From NCBI RefSeq assembly GCF_009914755.1, contig NC_060947.1: 64,000 nt of DNA, one strand, 5' to 3'. Position numbers and translations under genes: made by a program. Source of the DNA: the human T2T-CHM13v2.0 reference genome, Homo sapiens. The notes under the pieces are model-generated. The model saw nothing but the letters and a program-made list of their open reading frames with translations, was not told the DNA's origin and did no database searches. Positions 45,185-60,090 of this stretch are shown here, piece by piece (position 1 is the first letter of the stretch; every line of letters starts with the position of its first letter).

Positions 45185-45380
45185 GAATGGTTTCTCAAAG
45201 TGACAGTCCACAGACCACCATTCTGCATCAGAATGAACGATGGGGTCTGCTTAAATGCAGATTCCTGGGTCCCACTCCAAGGCCACTAAATCAGAATCTC
45301 TGCAGGTGTGATCCAGGAATCTGAACTTCAACAAGTTCTCTGAGCAATTCTGAAGCACACTAAAGTGTGAGAAACACTGA
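45185..45380. mobile_element. MER5B-like relic
   Basis: tggtttctcaaagtg...tgcatcagaat...taaatgcagattcctgggtcccactcc...gcacactaaagtgtgagaaacactg. Confidence 0.65.
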
Positions 45381-45569
45381 CAGGAAGAGGACTGAGCAAA
45401 GGTAAAAAGGTAAGAGAGCACAGGAACAATGCAGTGGGCCCTGAGGTGCATGAATGGAAGAATATTGACCTATAAAGGTAACTTGAGGTTAGACCATGAA
45501 AGGCCTTCACTATCAGAGTCGGGGGTTGACATGTATTTGAGTGGCGACAGGGAGTCATCCCTTTCAGTG

Positions 45570-45825
45570 GCAGAACACTGTGGTTAGAGCCTGAAATATG
45601 GAGCCAGGCTGCCAGGATTCAAATCTTAGCTCCTCAACTCACTAGCTACCTGACCTTGGATAAGATTCTTAACCGCTCTCTGCCTCAGTTTCCTCATCCA
45701 TAAAACAGGGAGAACAATAGTACTCCTCACATAGGGTTGTCATGAGATTAAGTGAGTTCATATCTGTAAAATGCTTAGTTAGAACTGGGACTGACATATA
45801 GTAAGTCCAAATACATGTTGGCATA
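45570..45825 (+). mobile_element. MIR
   Basis: ggattcaaatcttagctcc...tgaccttggataag...ctctctgcctcagtttcctcatccataaaacaggg. Confidence 0.8.
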
Positions 45826-46379
45826 AAAATTTTTGAACAGGGGTGTAACACGGTGATGGATTGCTTTTTGGAAGATTAAAATGGCAGTAATGTATAGAAG
45901 TCACCTACACATCCCCCACCAGCAAATCCTATAATTTTTTTCCTCTAACTCAGTGGTTCACAACCTTAGCTGCATATTGGAATCACATCCTCCTCCTTCT
46001 GATCTGGTATAAATCTACCAAGGTAATTCCAATATGCACCCATAGTTGAGAACCACGGCTCCAAATGTATTTCAAATTTGTCCACTTTTAATTATTGGGT
46101 CCTCAGTATATACAAGACACTGTGCCAGGTCCTTCTCTTATATTATCTCATTGAAATCTCACAAACATCTTGAAGGTAGGAGCTAACATTATCCTCACTT
46201 TAAAGATTGGTAGAAAGGTTGAATAAGGTCATTCAACTACAAAGTAGCAAGGCTGGGATTAGAACCAAGGCAGTTTGGCTCCAAAGGCTCCACTCTGAAC
46301 CACTACTGTGTTCTCAGTCCAAGCACCCTTTTTCTCACACTGGAAAGAGTACTACCCTAACCATCTTGCTAGTCTCTCC

Positions 46380-46925
46380 ACTTGCATTATTGCCTCCCTC
46401 CAGTCTAGTCTGGAAATAATAGCCAGTGAGATCTTTTAATATGTTAATTGGATCACTTCATACTCTTTCTCACAACCTTCCAATAGCTTCCCAATGTATT
46501 AAAAATGGAAATCCAAAATCCTTCCCATGGCCTTCAGAATCCTGCATGGTCTAATTCCTAGTTACCTCTTCAGCCTCATCCCATGTCAGTTTCAACCACA
46601 ATCACTACATTTCAGCTACACTGGTCCTTAGGCTCTTTGAATGCTTTAAGCTCTTCCCTGCCTGGGGCCTTTGAACTTTCTTTTCTCTCTACTTAGAATG
46701 TTCTTCTTTGGGATCTTTGCATGGGTGACTTCTTTTTATCTTTCAGGTCTCAGCTTAAATGTCACCTTCTCAGAGAGGCCTTCCTGACAACTCAACCTAA
46801 ATAAACTACTTATTTTTAATCTCAGTCCTATGTTTATTTTCTGCATAGTACTTGCATTATCTGTATTTCCACGTTTGCTTATTATTTGTCTTTTCTGGTG
46901 AGTTCCATAAGAGCAAAGAACATAT
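46380..46925 (+). mobile_element. L2 fragment
   Basis: aaatccaaaatccttcccatggcc...tcaggtctcagcttaaatgtcaccttctcagagaggccttcctgac. Confidence 0.7.
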
Positions 46926-47826
46926 CTTGGCTGCTATGTATGCTATATATATTGTTGTGTAGGTTGTGTGCTGCAAAAGGATGCCACAGCTACAAAGGTG
47001 CTTTCCCTGGGATTTTCTGAAAAATGGCAATAAAGTATCTTATGTAAGGGAATCCTTTTTGTAACTCACATAAAGATGCCATATGGTCTAGCACCACCCT
47101 ATATATCTACTGTATTTATCAATATAAATACCCCAATTCTAGCACAATGCTGAGCATACAGTAGATGGTCAAAAAATATGTTGACTGGATAGAAGGAAAA
47201 AGGACAAAATAAGGATATTGCCAGTGGGAAAGTGGGAAAAGGGAGAGATACAGATAACTGCTGAAAGATTTGGTAATCTGAGAAGAGGTAACAAAGGAGA
47301 AATTAAAGGGGATTACACTTGATCCCAGGAACCTAGCGAAAAAACTGGTGCCATTATAAAAAAAATAAAACCTAAAGAAAAAAAGACTAATGTGAGAAGA
47401 CAATTCAATTTTGAATATAATTTGAGAAAATGCTTTCTGTTTTGCTTTTATTGAGTTTGTCACCATCTTATTATGGGGTTTAAAAAGTATACCTAAATTT
47501 GCCCTGCACAGTCTTCAAAATGGCCACATCAATTCCTTGCAAGGTCCATTCTTCCTTCTAAGGCTATGAATGAAAATAGTCTGTGTTTTATGATACAATA
47601 ATTTAAGGGCCAAGCTAGAAGGGATTAAGGATGGAGAAATAAATATATTCACTTTCACATTTGATGACTCTTTCCCATCCTCCCCTGAAGCACAGCACTC
47701 CATCCTGTAGTTTTTTTTTTTTTTTTAAAGGCTGTGGCCTTTAAAATCAATGCTTTATTTATTTTTCCCTTTGTTAATTAAACCACCTTTAAAAACTAAG
47801 GCTACCATAAAAATTACCTTTCCCTA

Positions 47827-48090
<264 letters not shown>

Positions 48091-49360
48091 TCAAAACACG
48101 GCATGTCCTTCCCCCCAGCTCTCCCATCGTCAGTTCTCGGTACTTCCTACATTTTATTACGCATTATTTTTTTTCTCCTACAATTCCTCCATGCCAGAGA
48201 CTAAGCCACAGAAAAGTTAGCAATCCTAGTCGAGCATCATGGTCTAAGGTGGTACAAAGTAGTCTGTCAGGGATGCCATGAGCCTCTGAACCATGAATTA
48301 TAGTCTTGTTTCTTTCTTCTCTGTTCATGGTACCCTTGGTCCCCCAGCTGGATTGGGGGTTTAAAGGAATGAAGATTTATTTCATAGCTTCCATTTGTAA
48401 TATTCACTAGACTCTCCCTTCCAAACCAAAGGAACAAGCTCTCTGGGGTAATACAAAACTATACAAGATGATCTGATGGCCACAGCTCAGTCTAGCACAA
48501 GGCAAGGGAGAGGATAAAATTTACTTGCTGGTTACATCTGTCTTTGCAATAATCCTGATTTCCTAAATTTCTATCTTTCAAATGTTATTCCTTAAACCTT
48601 GTTCTTAGTTCTTAGAAGCACATTCTTTTGGGGCTAGAATGATTCCTGGAAGGCCATTAAGAAAGCAAGGCCACACGAAAATTCTCCTAAACTACTGAGA
48701 TACTATATTCTTACTAAAAGTCCTAAAGGGAAGAGATTCTATAGCTTCCCTTGACAATCCAGTGCTTAATGCCACTTGCAGGCAGAAAAGTTGTTACTAC
48801 ATCTAACTTCATTCCTTCCTGCTTCAGTTTAAACACTCATTTTACTCCATTTTCTAGTTCTATTGATTATATTCTCCGGACTGCATATTAGATAAGATGT
48901 AATTAGTATACGTTGTTTGTAAAGTAAATGCAGTTCTTCTGACAAGTAATGTCCTGGTAGTCATCATGACCAAGCATTTATAGAGAGTTTTCTCATTGCA
49001 GGGCACTAGGAATTAACTGGTTAGTAAAATACTTCAGATATGGGAACTAACAGACAACTCATTTTCTTGTTAATTGGAGTGAGTGGCCCTAGATAGTCAA
49101 AGTGACTTTTCCACCCATAGCATTCCCAAAGCTTCAAATAATTGTGAGTCCTTCAGATGGAGGCTTTGGTGGTATAATTATTATGAAAAGGAGCGCCGAT
49201 CAACACAAACAGCTCACCTTTGCCCATTTAAGCAGTCCTACAGCTTTAAGACTGGGATATGATTGGGCCTGAGCCCTTCAACAGAGTTGTTCAGGGTGGG
49301 TGAAGATCAGGGAGTTTGGATTGTCAAGGAGGCTTATGATTTAATGCAAGTCATGTTTTA

Positions 49361-49708
<348 letters not shown>

Positions 49709-49791
49709 TTAAGACAGTCCCCGCTCCAGTGACCAATGATTTTGAATAATGTTAAAACAGCCAGACAAGTACAGCAGCTGACATTATGATC

Positions 49792-49792
49792 T

Positions 49793-49826
<34 letters not shown>

Positions 49827-49837
49827 CCATCCATCCA
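49792..49837. repeat. (TCCA)n tetranucleotide repeat
   Basis: Seen directly; next to an L2-like tail (tttactgagcacctactatgtgccagg). Confidence 0.93.
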
Positions 49838-50082
49838 TTCTTTTATTTGTTGACCATTTACTGAGCACCTACTATGTGCCAGGAATTGTAATATGTGTTA
49901 GAGAGGGATCAGAGAACATGGACAAGGTCCCTGCCTAGATGGAGCTAATATTCCTAGATGAATAAGATATTATCTTTCCTGAAAGGAAGGAGTCCATGCT
50001 ATCTCATTTAATCTTTTCCCCCAGTTGCTTCAGAAGGGGACCCATCTATTATACTGCCCTGGTAACTTTATTCCCTCCCACA

Positions 50083-50374
<292 letters not shown>

Positions 50375-51046
50375 ACCGCCTACATTTTAAATCACTTTTG
50401 TGCTTATCTGTTTGTTCCAGCCTCTGTGGTTTTGCTTTTTTTTAATCCCTCCACCGAGACTGCCCACTCCCTGACTCTTTTCCACCCATTGAGGTCCTAT
50501 CTGATCTTGAAGGTTCAGCTTATGCCGCCTTTCCTCCACGAAGCATTCTCTAAATAACTCCAGCCACAATCTGGATCTCTCAAGGCATCTAATGTCTGAA
50601 GCACACAATATGACATTTGAATATTATTGAAACTCATATTTGTGAATTATAGTAACCCAGCAGACCATTTACAAAGAGATTTCACATATATTATTACAAT
50701 GGAGCTTCATAACAACCCTGTGAATCAAGTAGGGTAAATTCTTACCTTCATTTTCATTTGAGGGAAATAGGATTGCTGAGGTTATGTGAATTATTTGAAG
50801 TCACAAAGCTAGTGAGTGGTGAAAAAAGGAATTGAAACCAACAAAAGATACAACCAGAGCTTGGAAAGTGCCTGCCATAAGACAGTGGAAGGAGAGAAAT
50901 CAGGGGAGCTGTGTGTTTCATTAGGGAGAGGCTTAGAGAGTTGAACCATCCTTTCTTTTCCATCAGTCAAAACTGTAATGAATATGAGTCTATTTTGTGG
51001 TGGGTAAGTTATACCTCAATACAACTGTTTAAAAAAAAACAGAATG

Positions 51047-51459
<413 letters not shown>

Positions 51460-54278
51460 TTATCAAGCCCTAGCTATGTGCCAGGCAGGAATGAGTGCTT
51501 TTACATACATAATCTCATTGGCTCTTACTAATAATGTTCTGATGTAGACATGATTATGCCCATTTTGCAGATGAAGAAACTAAGGCTTAAGAGATTGACT
51601 TGCCCAAGGTGACACAACTTGCAAGTGGCAGCACTAAGATATAACTTGATGTCTGACTGATTCTAGAACCTTCCCTCATAACCACTATCAAAAAAAGTGC
51701 CAATCACTTCAAACCTATAATAAGGAAGGGACCATTTAATTAAAAACCAAAACCCAAACCACTAGAACATGAAGGCTATGCTGTCCCTAATGTTGTGGCC
51801 TAAAATACCCAGAAAACAGACAATGCACTTCTTTTGGCTTCAGCGATTTGGGTAACTAACTCAATTCTATACTTTGCTATATAAGTCGATCTAACATCAA
51901 TTTCTGAGTAATTCACTCTCAGGGTGTTAACTACTTATTAATGACCCTTTAGAGGATATAAAGAAAGTTCCTTACTTTTGCCTTATAAAGACAGCCTTAG
52001 CTCCTAGAAAGAGTTTAACTCATACTAATTAACTCTGTCTGGGCTAAGAGGCCCTGCCCCTGCCCACAAGCGTATACAATCAGACAGCTGCAGCTGGCAG
52101 ACATGAGTGAAACCCATCAGAGAAAGGACAGAAGCAGGCCCATTTGCCCCCTGGGCTCTAATTATTCCAAATCTCAGCATTTTGTGGTGAAGGAAATCTA
52201 CAGTGACCTACAAAATAATATTTGTCACGGCTCTTATGGGAGCTGGCAGATGTTTGGAATACCAAACAAACAACAACAACAAAAAAGAAGTTTGGAATTA
52301 TTTTGCCTCAAAAGAATGTGGCTTGATTTTTGAACCGGGCCTTCTACCAAGGAATCAATGGCAAGGCAACTGCAGGGTGAGATTTTCCAGTGGAAGAATG
52401 ATCTTGAGAATCTTCCTTGCAATAGTCTTCTGAGTAACCTGGCACTGGAGTCTATTATTCTACTCAACAGGAGATAGGGAGAAAGAGAAAGAGAGGAAGA
52501 CACAGTAGAATCAAAGAAAAAGAAACCAATTATGGTCATGCTTAAGGCTAGTTTTATGCAATAAAATTCTTAACATCTCATTCTTATTTCATTCTTGCAA
52601 CACCCTTAATGGTGTGTATCTCGGGGGTGGGGGGCGAATTACTGAAAATGAGGCTACTAGTACTCCAAAAGATTTGTCCCATGTCACACAGCTGTTTAAC
52701 AAGAGAGCCAACTCAGAAATATAGCTTTCCTGCTTTCAAATTTGTGCTCTTCACAGAATGGGTGTTAAAGCTTCAGAGCAGGATCACTGAGTCACAATCC
52801 CAACTCAATGGTACTGACTCCCCACAATCTTGTACAAGGCACTTTACCTCTTTAAGCTTCAATATTTCTAGGAATGCGATATGGACTCAAATCTCCCCTT
52901 GCATCTTTAGAGGGCCAACACAGCATGCTTCCTAACTGCAGAAGGAAGAAAAACCACCTCATATTTTACCTTCTCCTCTCCCAGATTTTCCAAGGTGGCT
53001 GGGCTAGTAAACAAATATCCTTGGAACACATTCAGTGTTCCTGACTGAAAACTAGCAGAAAATCAGTTCAAAGCAAAGCTGGCTACAGGGCCCCTCAGGG
53101 AATGCTACAATAGGAATGACCAGGCTGCGTGGCTTCTAACCTCCCCCATCTCTTCTGTTTCCAGTCAAATTCCCACCTAGCACTAAGAGGAGGACTGGAG
53201 AAAAAACCATTGTAGGGTGAGCAGACAAGCACTAAGTCATGTGACCACAGATGTGTTGGGAAAGAGGAGGTTTCTTCTCCCCAAGTGAGGGATGATCTCA
53301 TATGTAAGCAGAACTATGATTTCCGGGATGCTCAGAAAATACCCCCTTATCCCAAATGTCTCTTACCACCTTTTCTCACACTGATGCTTAAAATGCCACT
53401 ATTGGAAGTCCATTCCTCTAGGTTAAATGGCTACCTTTTGCAATCAGATTTTGTAATCCCAAGAATTATATGAGAGGGTACACTTACACCTTGTCACTAA
53501 CTAACACCTCAGTCTGAATAACTGCCACAGGCCTTTTTTTTTTTGTCCTTCAGAGCAACTGGCAAATTTTACCAAGAAGCCTGTGGTTCCACTTCACTTC
53601 TTTTTGTACGCCTTCCCTCCTCTCCTGGTGTTACCCTTCTTCCCACACTCTGGAACCAAGTCCTCATGCTGACTGCTCTCTTCCCCACTCTCCCCACCCT
53701 ATAAAATGATCATTTCCATAGTAGGACAGTTCTTGGATAGTCAGAAAAGCAGCTTGTATGTCAGGAGACAAATCTGCTCCCAGTGTTATAAATACAAACC
53801 TCCCCAGAGCTTTCAGAGATCAGTTGCTAATCTCCTTGACGCCAAGCCATCTTTTCTTTTGCCATTGCTGCCATTACTTTGGTTCCTACTTTTCTTCTGA
53901 TGGCTGAGCCTGATGCTAGCATTTCTTTGGTTCTCTGTCATTCTACTGATAGAGTCCTAGAACATTTGCAGGCTATTGGGAGGTGGCTGGAGAAGGGACA
54001 TGGAAATGAAGGTAAAGACTAGAAAGAAGAGGTTATAGTCCCTTTAATTGCCCATGACACACAGAGAGACATACACATCCAACAAAGTAAAACTACATCA
54101 TCTAAAGGGCTTTACCCCAAGTCTCAGAAATATATGGGAAGAGAGAATGACAAAAAGGCCTTGAAAGAAACCCCTAGAATAGGATGCTGTTTCTATGTGC
54201 GTATCTCACAGTGATGCAAGAGAAGATAACTGAGCCTGGTCTCTGGGGTCTGCAAACATTGGTCTCTGGGGTCCCAGC

Positions 54279-54645
54279 TGCTATGATCTGAATATTTGTG
54301 TGCCTCTGAAATTCATATGTTGAAATCGTAACCCCCAAGGTGATGGCTTTTAGGAGATGGGGCCTTTGGGAGGTGATTAAGTTATAAGGGCAACATCCTC
54401 ATGAATGAGATTAGTGCTTTTAATAGAAGAGGCCTGTGGGAGCTTGTTCGCCCCTTCTACTATATAGGCTCACAGGGAGAAGGTATCATCACTGAACCAG
54501 AAGCCAAGCCCTCACCAGAGAACAAATCTGATGGTACCTTGATCTTGGATTTCCACCTTCCAGAACTGTGAGAAATAAATTTCTGTTGTTTATAAGCTAC
54601 TCAGTTTGTGGTGTTTTGTTATACCAGTTCAAACAGACTAAGACA
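54279..54645 (+). mobile_element. Complete MaLR solo LTR (MLT1A-like)
   Basis: tgctatgatctgaat...cagaactgtgagaaataaatttctgttgtttataagc...gactaagaca. Perfect 5-bp TSD ccagc at 54274-54278 and 54646-54650. Confidence 0.88.
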
Positions 54646-55569
54646 CCAGCTTTGGCATGTCTTGGTTCTGTGATCTTAGGAAGGCTTGAGTATGCCTTCT
54701 ACTTTACGTGGCTGTGAGGTTCAGCGATAATTAATTTTAAAAAGCCCAAAGGTATCTGGTACATAACATTCACAATAAATGGTAGATGATCTTGCTCTAG
54801 AAAGAGGTCACAGAGAGGAAAGCAGTAAAGTTGAAGAATATGAAGGAATTTTCCCAATTTCCATAGATGATAACTAACTGAAAGGCATTTGCTTTGCACT
54901 GATGTGTATGGTAGGTGCTATGGAGACATGAGTCAAAACACTATTTCTCTCTTGTTTTCTTATTCATTCAACAAGCACTTGTGGAGGTCTTTGACTATAC
55001 CTGGCACTAATAGATCCTTGACTATACATTGACAATACCTGGCATTATGTTACCTTAAAGCTACAAAGATAAATAGGACATTCCCCTGACTTCAAGTAAA
55101 ATCCTGCTTTCATTGGAGGGGAAGGCACAAAAAGGTGTTAAATGATAATGTATTTAAATAACACATAAAGGTTCATAATGGAAGAGAGGTCAAATAATCA
55201 CAAATTGCCAATGTTAAGTGGGGAGGAGTATCAACTGCATCAATAAGGATTCAGGTTAGATACTAAAAAAGATTCCTTGCTGAAAGAGTTATTAGAAACT
55301 GGAACCACAGGCCAACTAGGCATGTAGGGAAATTATTTTCAAACTAGGTTCTGTGCTGCTTTAGGATTCTTCAGAGGTACTTGAGGGATGTGAAAAAAAA
55401 AATCCCTTCCCCATTTCTACTTCAACAGAATACCTCTTACTTTGTTAGTGAAATGTGTTTTTATTAGCTTTTTTAAATTTCATTTGAAGAAAGAGTTTGC
55501 TGCCATAAGACACTGTAAAACACTGGAATAGAATCTCTTCACATATTTGCTGTTTGGGGATTAAAATCC

Positions 55570-56330
55570 TATTTGTCCCTAATATATAAAGAGCTTCTAT
55601 AAATTGACAAGAAACAGATTCATAACCCAATGGTAAAAATGGAAAAAGGATATAAATAGACAGTTGACAGAAATGGAACTACAAGTGGCCCTTAGACATG
55701 AAAAAATCAACCTCATTCATTAGAGAAATATAAATTAAAACTGCAATGAAATACCATTTTTCTTAGCAGATTTAGAAAAATCCAAAAGTTTGAATAAAAC
55801 ACTCTCTTGGTAAGTCTGTGAAGACTTGATTAAAACATGATGAAGGGCAATTTAGCAATATCTGTTCATTTAAAAATACATATATATTTGACCCAACAAT
55901 CCTATTTTTAAGAATTCATTCTACAGATATACTTGCACATGTGTGAAACATATAAAAATTATTCATTGCAGCATTGTTTGTAATGGCTGAATATGGAAAC
56001 AACTTCTATGTCCATTGATAGAAATCTGGTTAAATAAATGATGGCTCATTATTATAACAAAATATTATGTAGTTCTATAAAAGAATAAGTTCTCTGTGCA
56101 CTAATACAGAAAGATATATTATTAAATGATGAAAACAAGGGGTAAAATGATGTGCACAATAGACTACCTTTTATGTAAATGAAAAAATATTTTTAAAATA
56201 TATATATATATTCATATTTGCTTACATTTTCATAAAAATCTGGAAAGATATATAACCACTAAAAGTTATGGGGGGGAACTACATGTTGTAGGGAGAAGAT
56301 AAGAATTGGGTGAGTGTGGGACGGGGTGAA
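55570..56330 (+). mobile_element. Old L1 (L1ME-like) fragment
   Basis: aaaggatataaatagacagttgacag...aattaaaactgcaatgaaataccatttt...ttgacccaacaatcct...attcattgcagcattgtttgtaat. Confidence 0.75.
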
Positions 56331-56931
56331 TAAGATATTCTATTGCATTCTTTTATATGTATACCTAGATATATAATCATATATACATGTACATATACAT
56401 ATGCATTCATATTCTTGAATGATATAAATGTATTCCTCATTAAATTTGAAGACTACGTTTGAAAAAACTTCTACTTGAAGGCCGTAGACTAGACTAGGTG
56501 AACATTTTGGGTCCATTCCAACCATAGAAAATCAATCCTACAAAGCTGGTCATCAGAAGCCCGGCTGTATTCCTACTAGTGGGAGAGATCCTAGCTATGA
56601 CTTTGTGTTCCCAGTCTTATTCCAATAATGGGTTCTCTCCACCGACATCATTGAGCCCGTCCATCTGGGCAAAGTGGAGGTTGTTACATTGCTTTCTTAA
56701 ACAATGTTAAAGTAATTGTGTAAATCTGAGCTGGCTTTTAGTCCTTGGCCCAAATGGAAGGAACATAGACAAATAAGGTTGCTAGTGGGAAATCACCCAT
56801 GGCCTTCTACCAGAGCACTGCTGTAATGGAGGGAGGAGCAGCTGGGAGCTAGCTGCATCTCAGTCAGGCAAAGTAAGAGCATACATCCAGGATGCAACAC
56901 ATCTTGCAGGATGAATGTATCAAAAACAGTG

Positions 56932-57225
<294 letters not shown>

Positions 57226-58654
57226 GAAGAGTGGGTGTCTGCAGCCTCCCCCCACCTCCAAAAAGTAACAATGCTCATATTCTGAGGCTATGTGGATTCA
57301 GACGACATTTTCCTTGGGATGCTCCCTGAGATCAGAGGTACTGCTTCAAATGGGCCCATCAGTTGAATCAATGATGCCTACCTTTAGATTTCTTTTTTTT
57401 TTTCAGCACTTCAACTGCCATCACTTCTTTTTCCCCTGGGCCTCTTGATGTGATGACTTAACTAGATCTGCTTTCCTCGGGTAGAGTCCAACGATTTCTA
57501 GATTTTCCCCAAACTCTCCTCCCCCATAAGAACTTAACTCTCCTGTGGCCCATCACATTGAGGTCATGCTGGCAGGCCTTAATACTAATCCCGTTAAGTA
57601 ATTCATACTGAAATGAAAATGGTAGATAATGTTTTAAAACAGGGTCCTTTTCTAGATAATTATATTGTAACATAGGCCTTTGATGTTTTATTCATAATGA
57701 GGCTGTAGAGCACCGGGTAAAGAGTGTGAAACTTTCTAGAACTTAAGACCTGAATGAGGGAACTTGCTAAAAATGCAGCTTCCAAGACCTGTCCTAGGGA
57801 GAGGAGAAGCCTTACTTCAGAGTGTCCCATTTGGATTCAAATTAAAGCTCCATTGCTAATTATTGCTTATTAGCTGAGCAAATTCTTAGCATCTCTGAGT
57901 CTCAGTTTCTCCATCTATAAAATTGGGATGATAATGGTACCTACCCCATAGGTTGTTGGGATGATCAAACAAGGTAAGACATAATCTGTTCAGCATAGTA
58001 CCAGGAACATATTAATGCCCAATAAATGCAATTGTTGTTCTTTTACTACTAGCTATAAATGATAGGGTTTCTGGAGGGCAGAAAGCAGGCTGGTAGGGAA
58101 AGAGATGTGGGGCTACTTAACCCTTACAGTGGCCATCCTCTTACCACACTGGCAGACCCTGCCTCTGTATAAGGCTTATGCTGAACTCCAAAGTAGCAGT
58201 GACATTTACTTTTCAATCAGTATTATATACTGTAAATTTTAGAAATTCTCAACACCTGTAATGTAATGACAAGGTTTGTTTTTACCCCTGTGCAGTCTTT
58301 CACAGCCCTGTAGAACTTCTCAAAAACTGTCAGATCCCAAGTGGTAACTAGAGATTCACTTCTGAGCCATCACATCCACTAAGAATCCTTTTATGCCCCA
58401 GCTCCTGGGCAAACACTATCTGCCCCATTTTCCCATCTCAGTGGGAAGACCGTCAGGTGTGATTTAGCCAAGCAGTTGCTTTCTAGCCAGAGCCATTTAC
58501 CAAGCACATAGACTCTACTTTGGACTTATTGAGCACCCCAGACAGGTGGATTTACGCTCAGAAGGGTCACAAATGTATTTGTGATTATGAGTAGTCCTAA
58601 AGGGCATGGAATAGAGAGAAAAAGTGAACTCCTTGGCCAACACTCCCATTGTAT

Positions 58655-58820
58655 TTTATTTTATTATTATTATTTTTAGAGTTGGGGTCTCACTCTGTTG
58701 CCCAGGCTGGAGTGCAGTGGTGTGATCATGGCTCACTGCAGCCTCAAAGTCCTGGGATCAACTGATCTTCTTGCCTCAGCCTCCTGAGGTGCTAGGATTA
58801 CAGGCTTGAACTGCCATGGC
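58655..58820 (-). mobile_element. Alu monomer (FRAM/FAM-like)
   Basis: Single arm; TSD ctccca(tt/cc)gtatttta at ~58643-58658 and ~58820-58835. Confidence 0.8.
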
Positions 58821-59346
58821 TCCCACCGTATTTTAACCATCATTTCCAGTGTCCTCTCCTGCAACATGTTTTCCAGAATTGCTAAACAAAAGTAATTGTT
58901 GATTGGTTTGACTTTCATCTTTGTTTTAGGTCACTACTGAAGGTGCTTTTCAGAAAGGATTTAATATTTTTTAGTTTAGGAAGCCTCTCCATTTCCCCCT
59001 TCATACATCCTTTGGCCTCCCACCCTTCGTTGCCCAGCTCTTGTCTTGCCTTTTCAAGAAAACTTCACTTGATTACTTCTGCACTTGATGGTCTCTTTGT
59101 GGGAAGGGAAAGCAATCAATAGAGCAGATTGCTTCTGCGATGGTAGAGCTTCCAAAGGTGGCAAGTTCACCATGTCCCTAAACTCTCTTCCTCTCCACCC
59201 TGCCAGAATGCCTGATATGCCCCCAGATTCAATCATTAGTTAGAGAAGGGCCCTATCTTTCCCAGAGGTTTAATATCTTCACAGTGATGAATACACAAGA
59301 CTGGAACTATTCCCCAGTAAAGAGAAAGGCGCTATTGGGGGGAATC

Positions 59347-60090
59347 CTACAATGAGATACCATTTCACATCCACTAGGATGGCTATAATAAAAAAGACAA
59401 TAATAACAAGGGTTAGCAAGTAGGTGGAGAAATTGGAACCCTTATACAGTGCTGGTGAGAATGTAAAAAAAAATAATAATAGTACAGCTGCTTTGGAAGA
59501 TAATCTAGCAGTCTCTCAAAAAGTTGAGCATAGAGTTACCAATATAAGCCACCAATTCCACTCCCAGGTATATACACAAAAAAATTGAAAGAAGGAACTG
59601 AAACAGATATGTGTATATGAAAGTTTATAGCAGCATTATTCATAATAGTTAAAAGATGGAAACAATGCAAATGTCCATCAGTAGATGAATGGATGAACAA
59701 AATATGGTATATCCATAAAATGTAATATTATTGCTATAATGGATGAAACTTGAAAAATTCTGCTAAGTGAAAAAAAAGGCCAGTGACAAAACACCACATA
59801 CTGTATAATTCCATTTACATTAAATGTCCAAAATAGGCAAATCCATAGAGAGAGAAAGAAGAACACTGGATGCCAGGAGCTGGGGGAAGGGGAGAATGGG
59901 AGTGACTACTAGTAGGTATGGGATTCTTTTAGAGATGACGAAAATATTCTGGAGTTAGATAGTGGTGATGGATGCAACATCTTGTAAATATACTAAAACC
60001 AACTTTACAACATAAAAGGGTGAATTTTACAGTATGTAAACCTCAGTATGAGGTATGTATACCTCAATAAAGCGTTACCAAAAAAAAAAA
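59347..60090 (+). mobile_element. L1MB-like 3' fragment
   Basis: caatgagataccatttcacatccactaggatggctataat...aaatgtccatcagtagatgaatggat...gttagatagtggtgatgg...acctcaataaa, then poly(A). Confidence 0.85.

Noticed and set aside
52085-52096. Tandem CAGCTG CAGCTG E-boxes
   Set aside because: Short motif with no supporting context visible from sequence alone.
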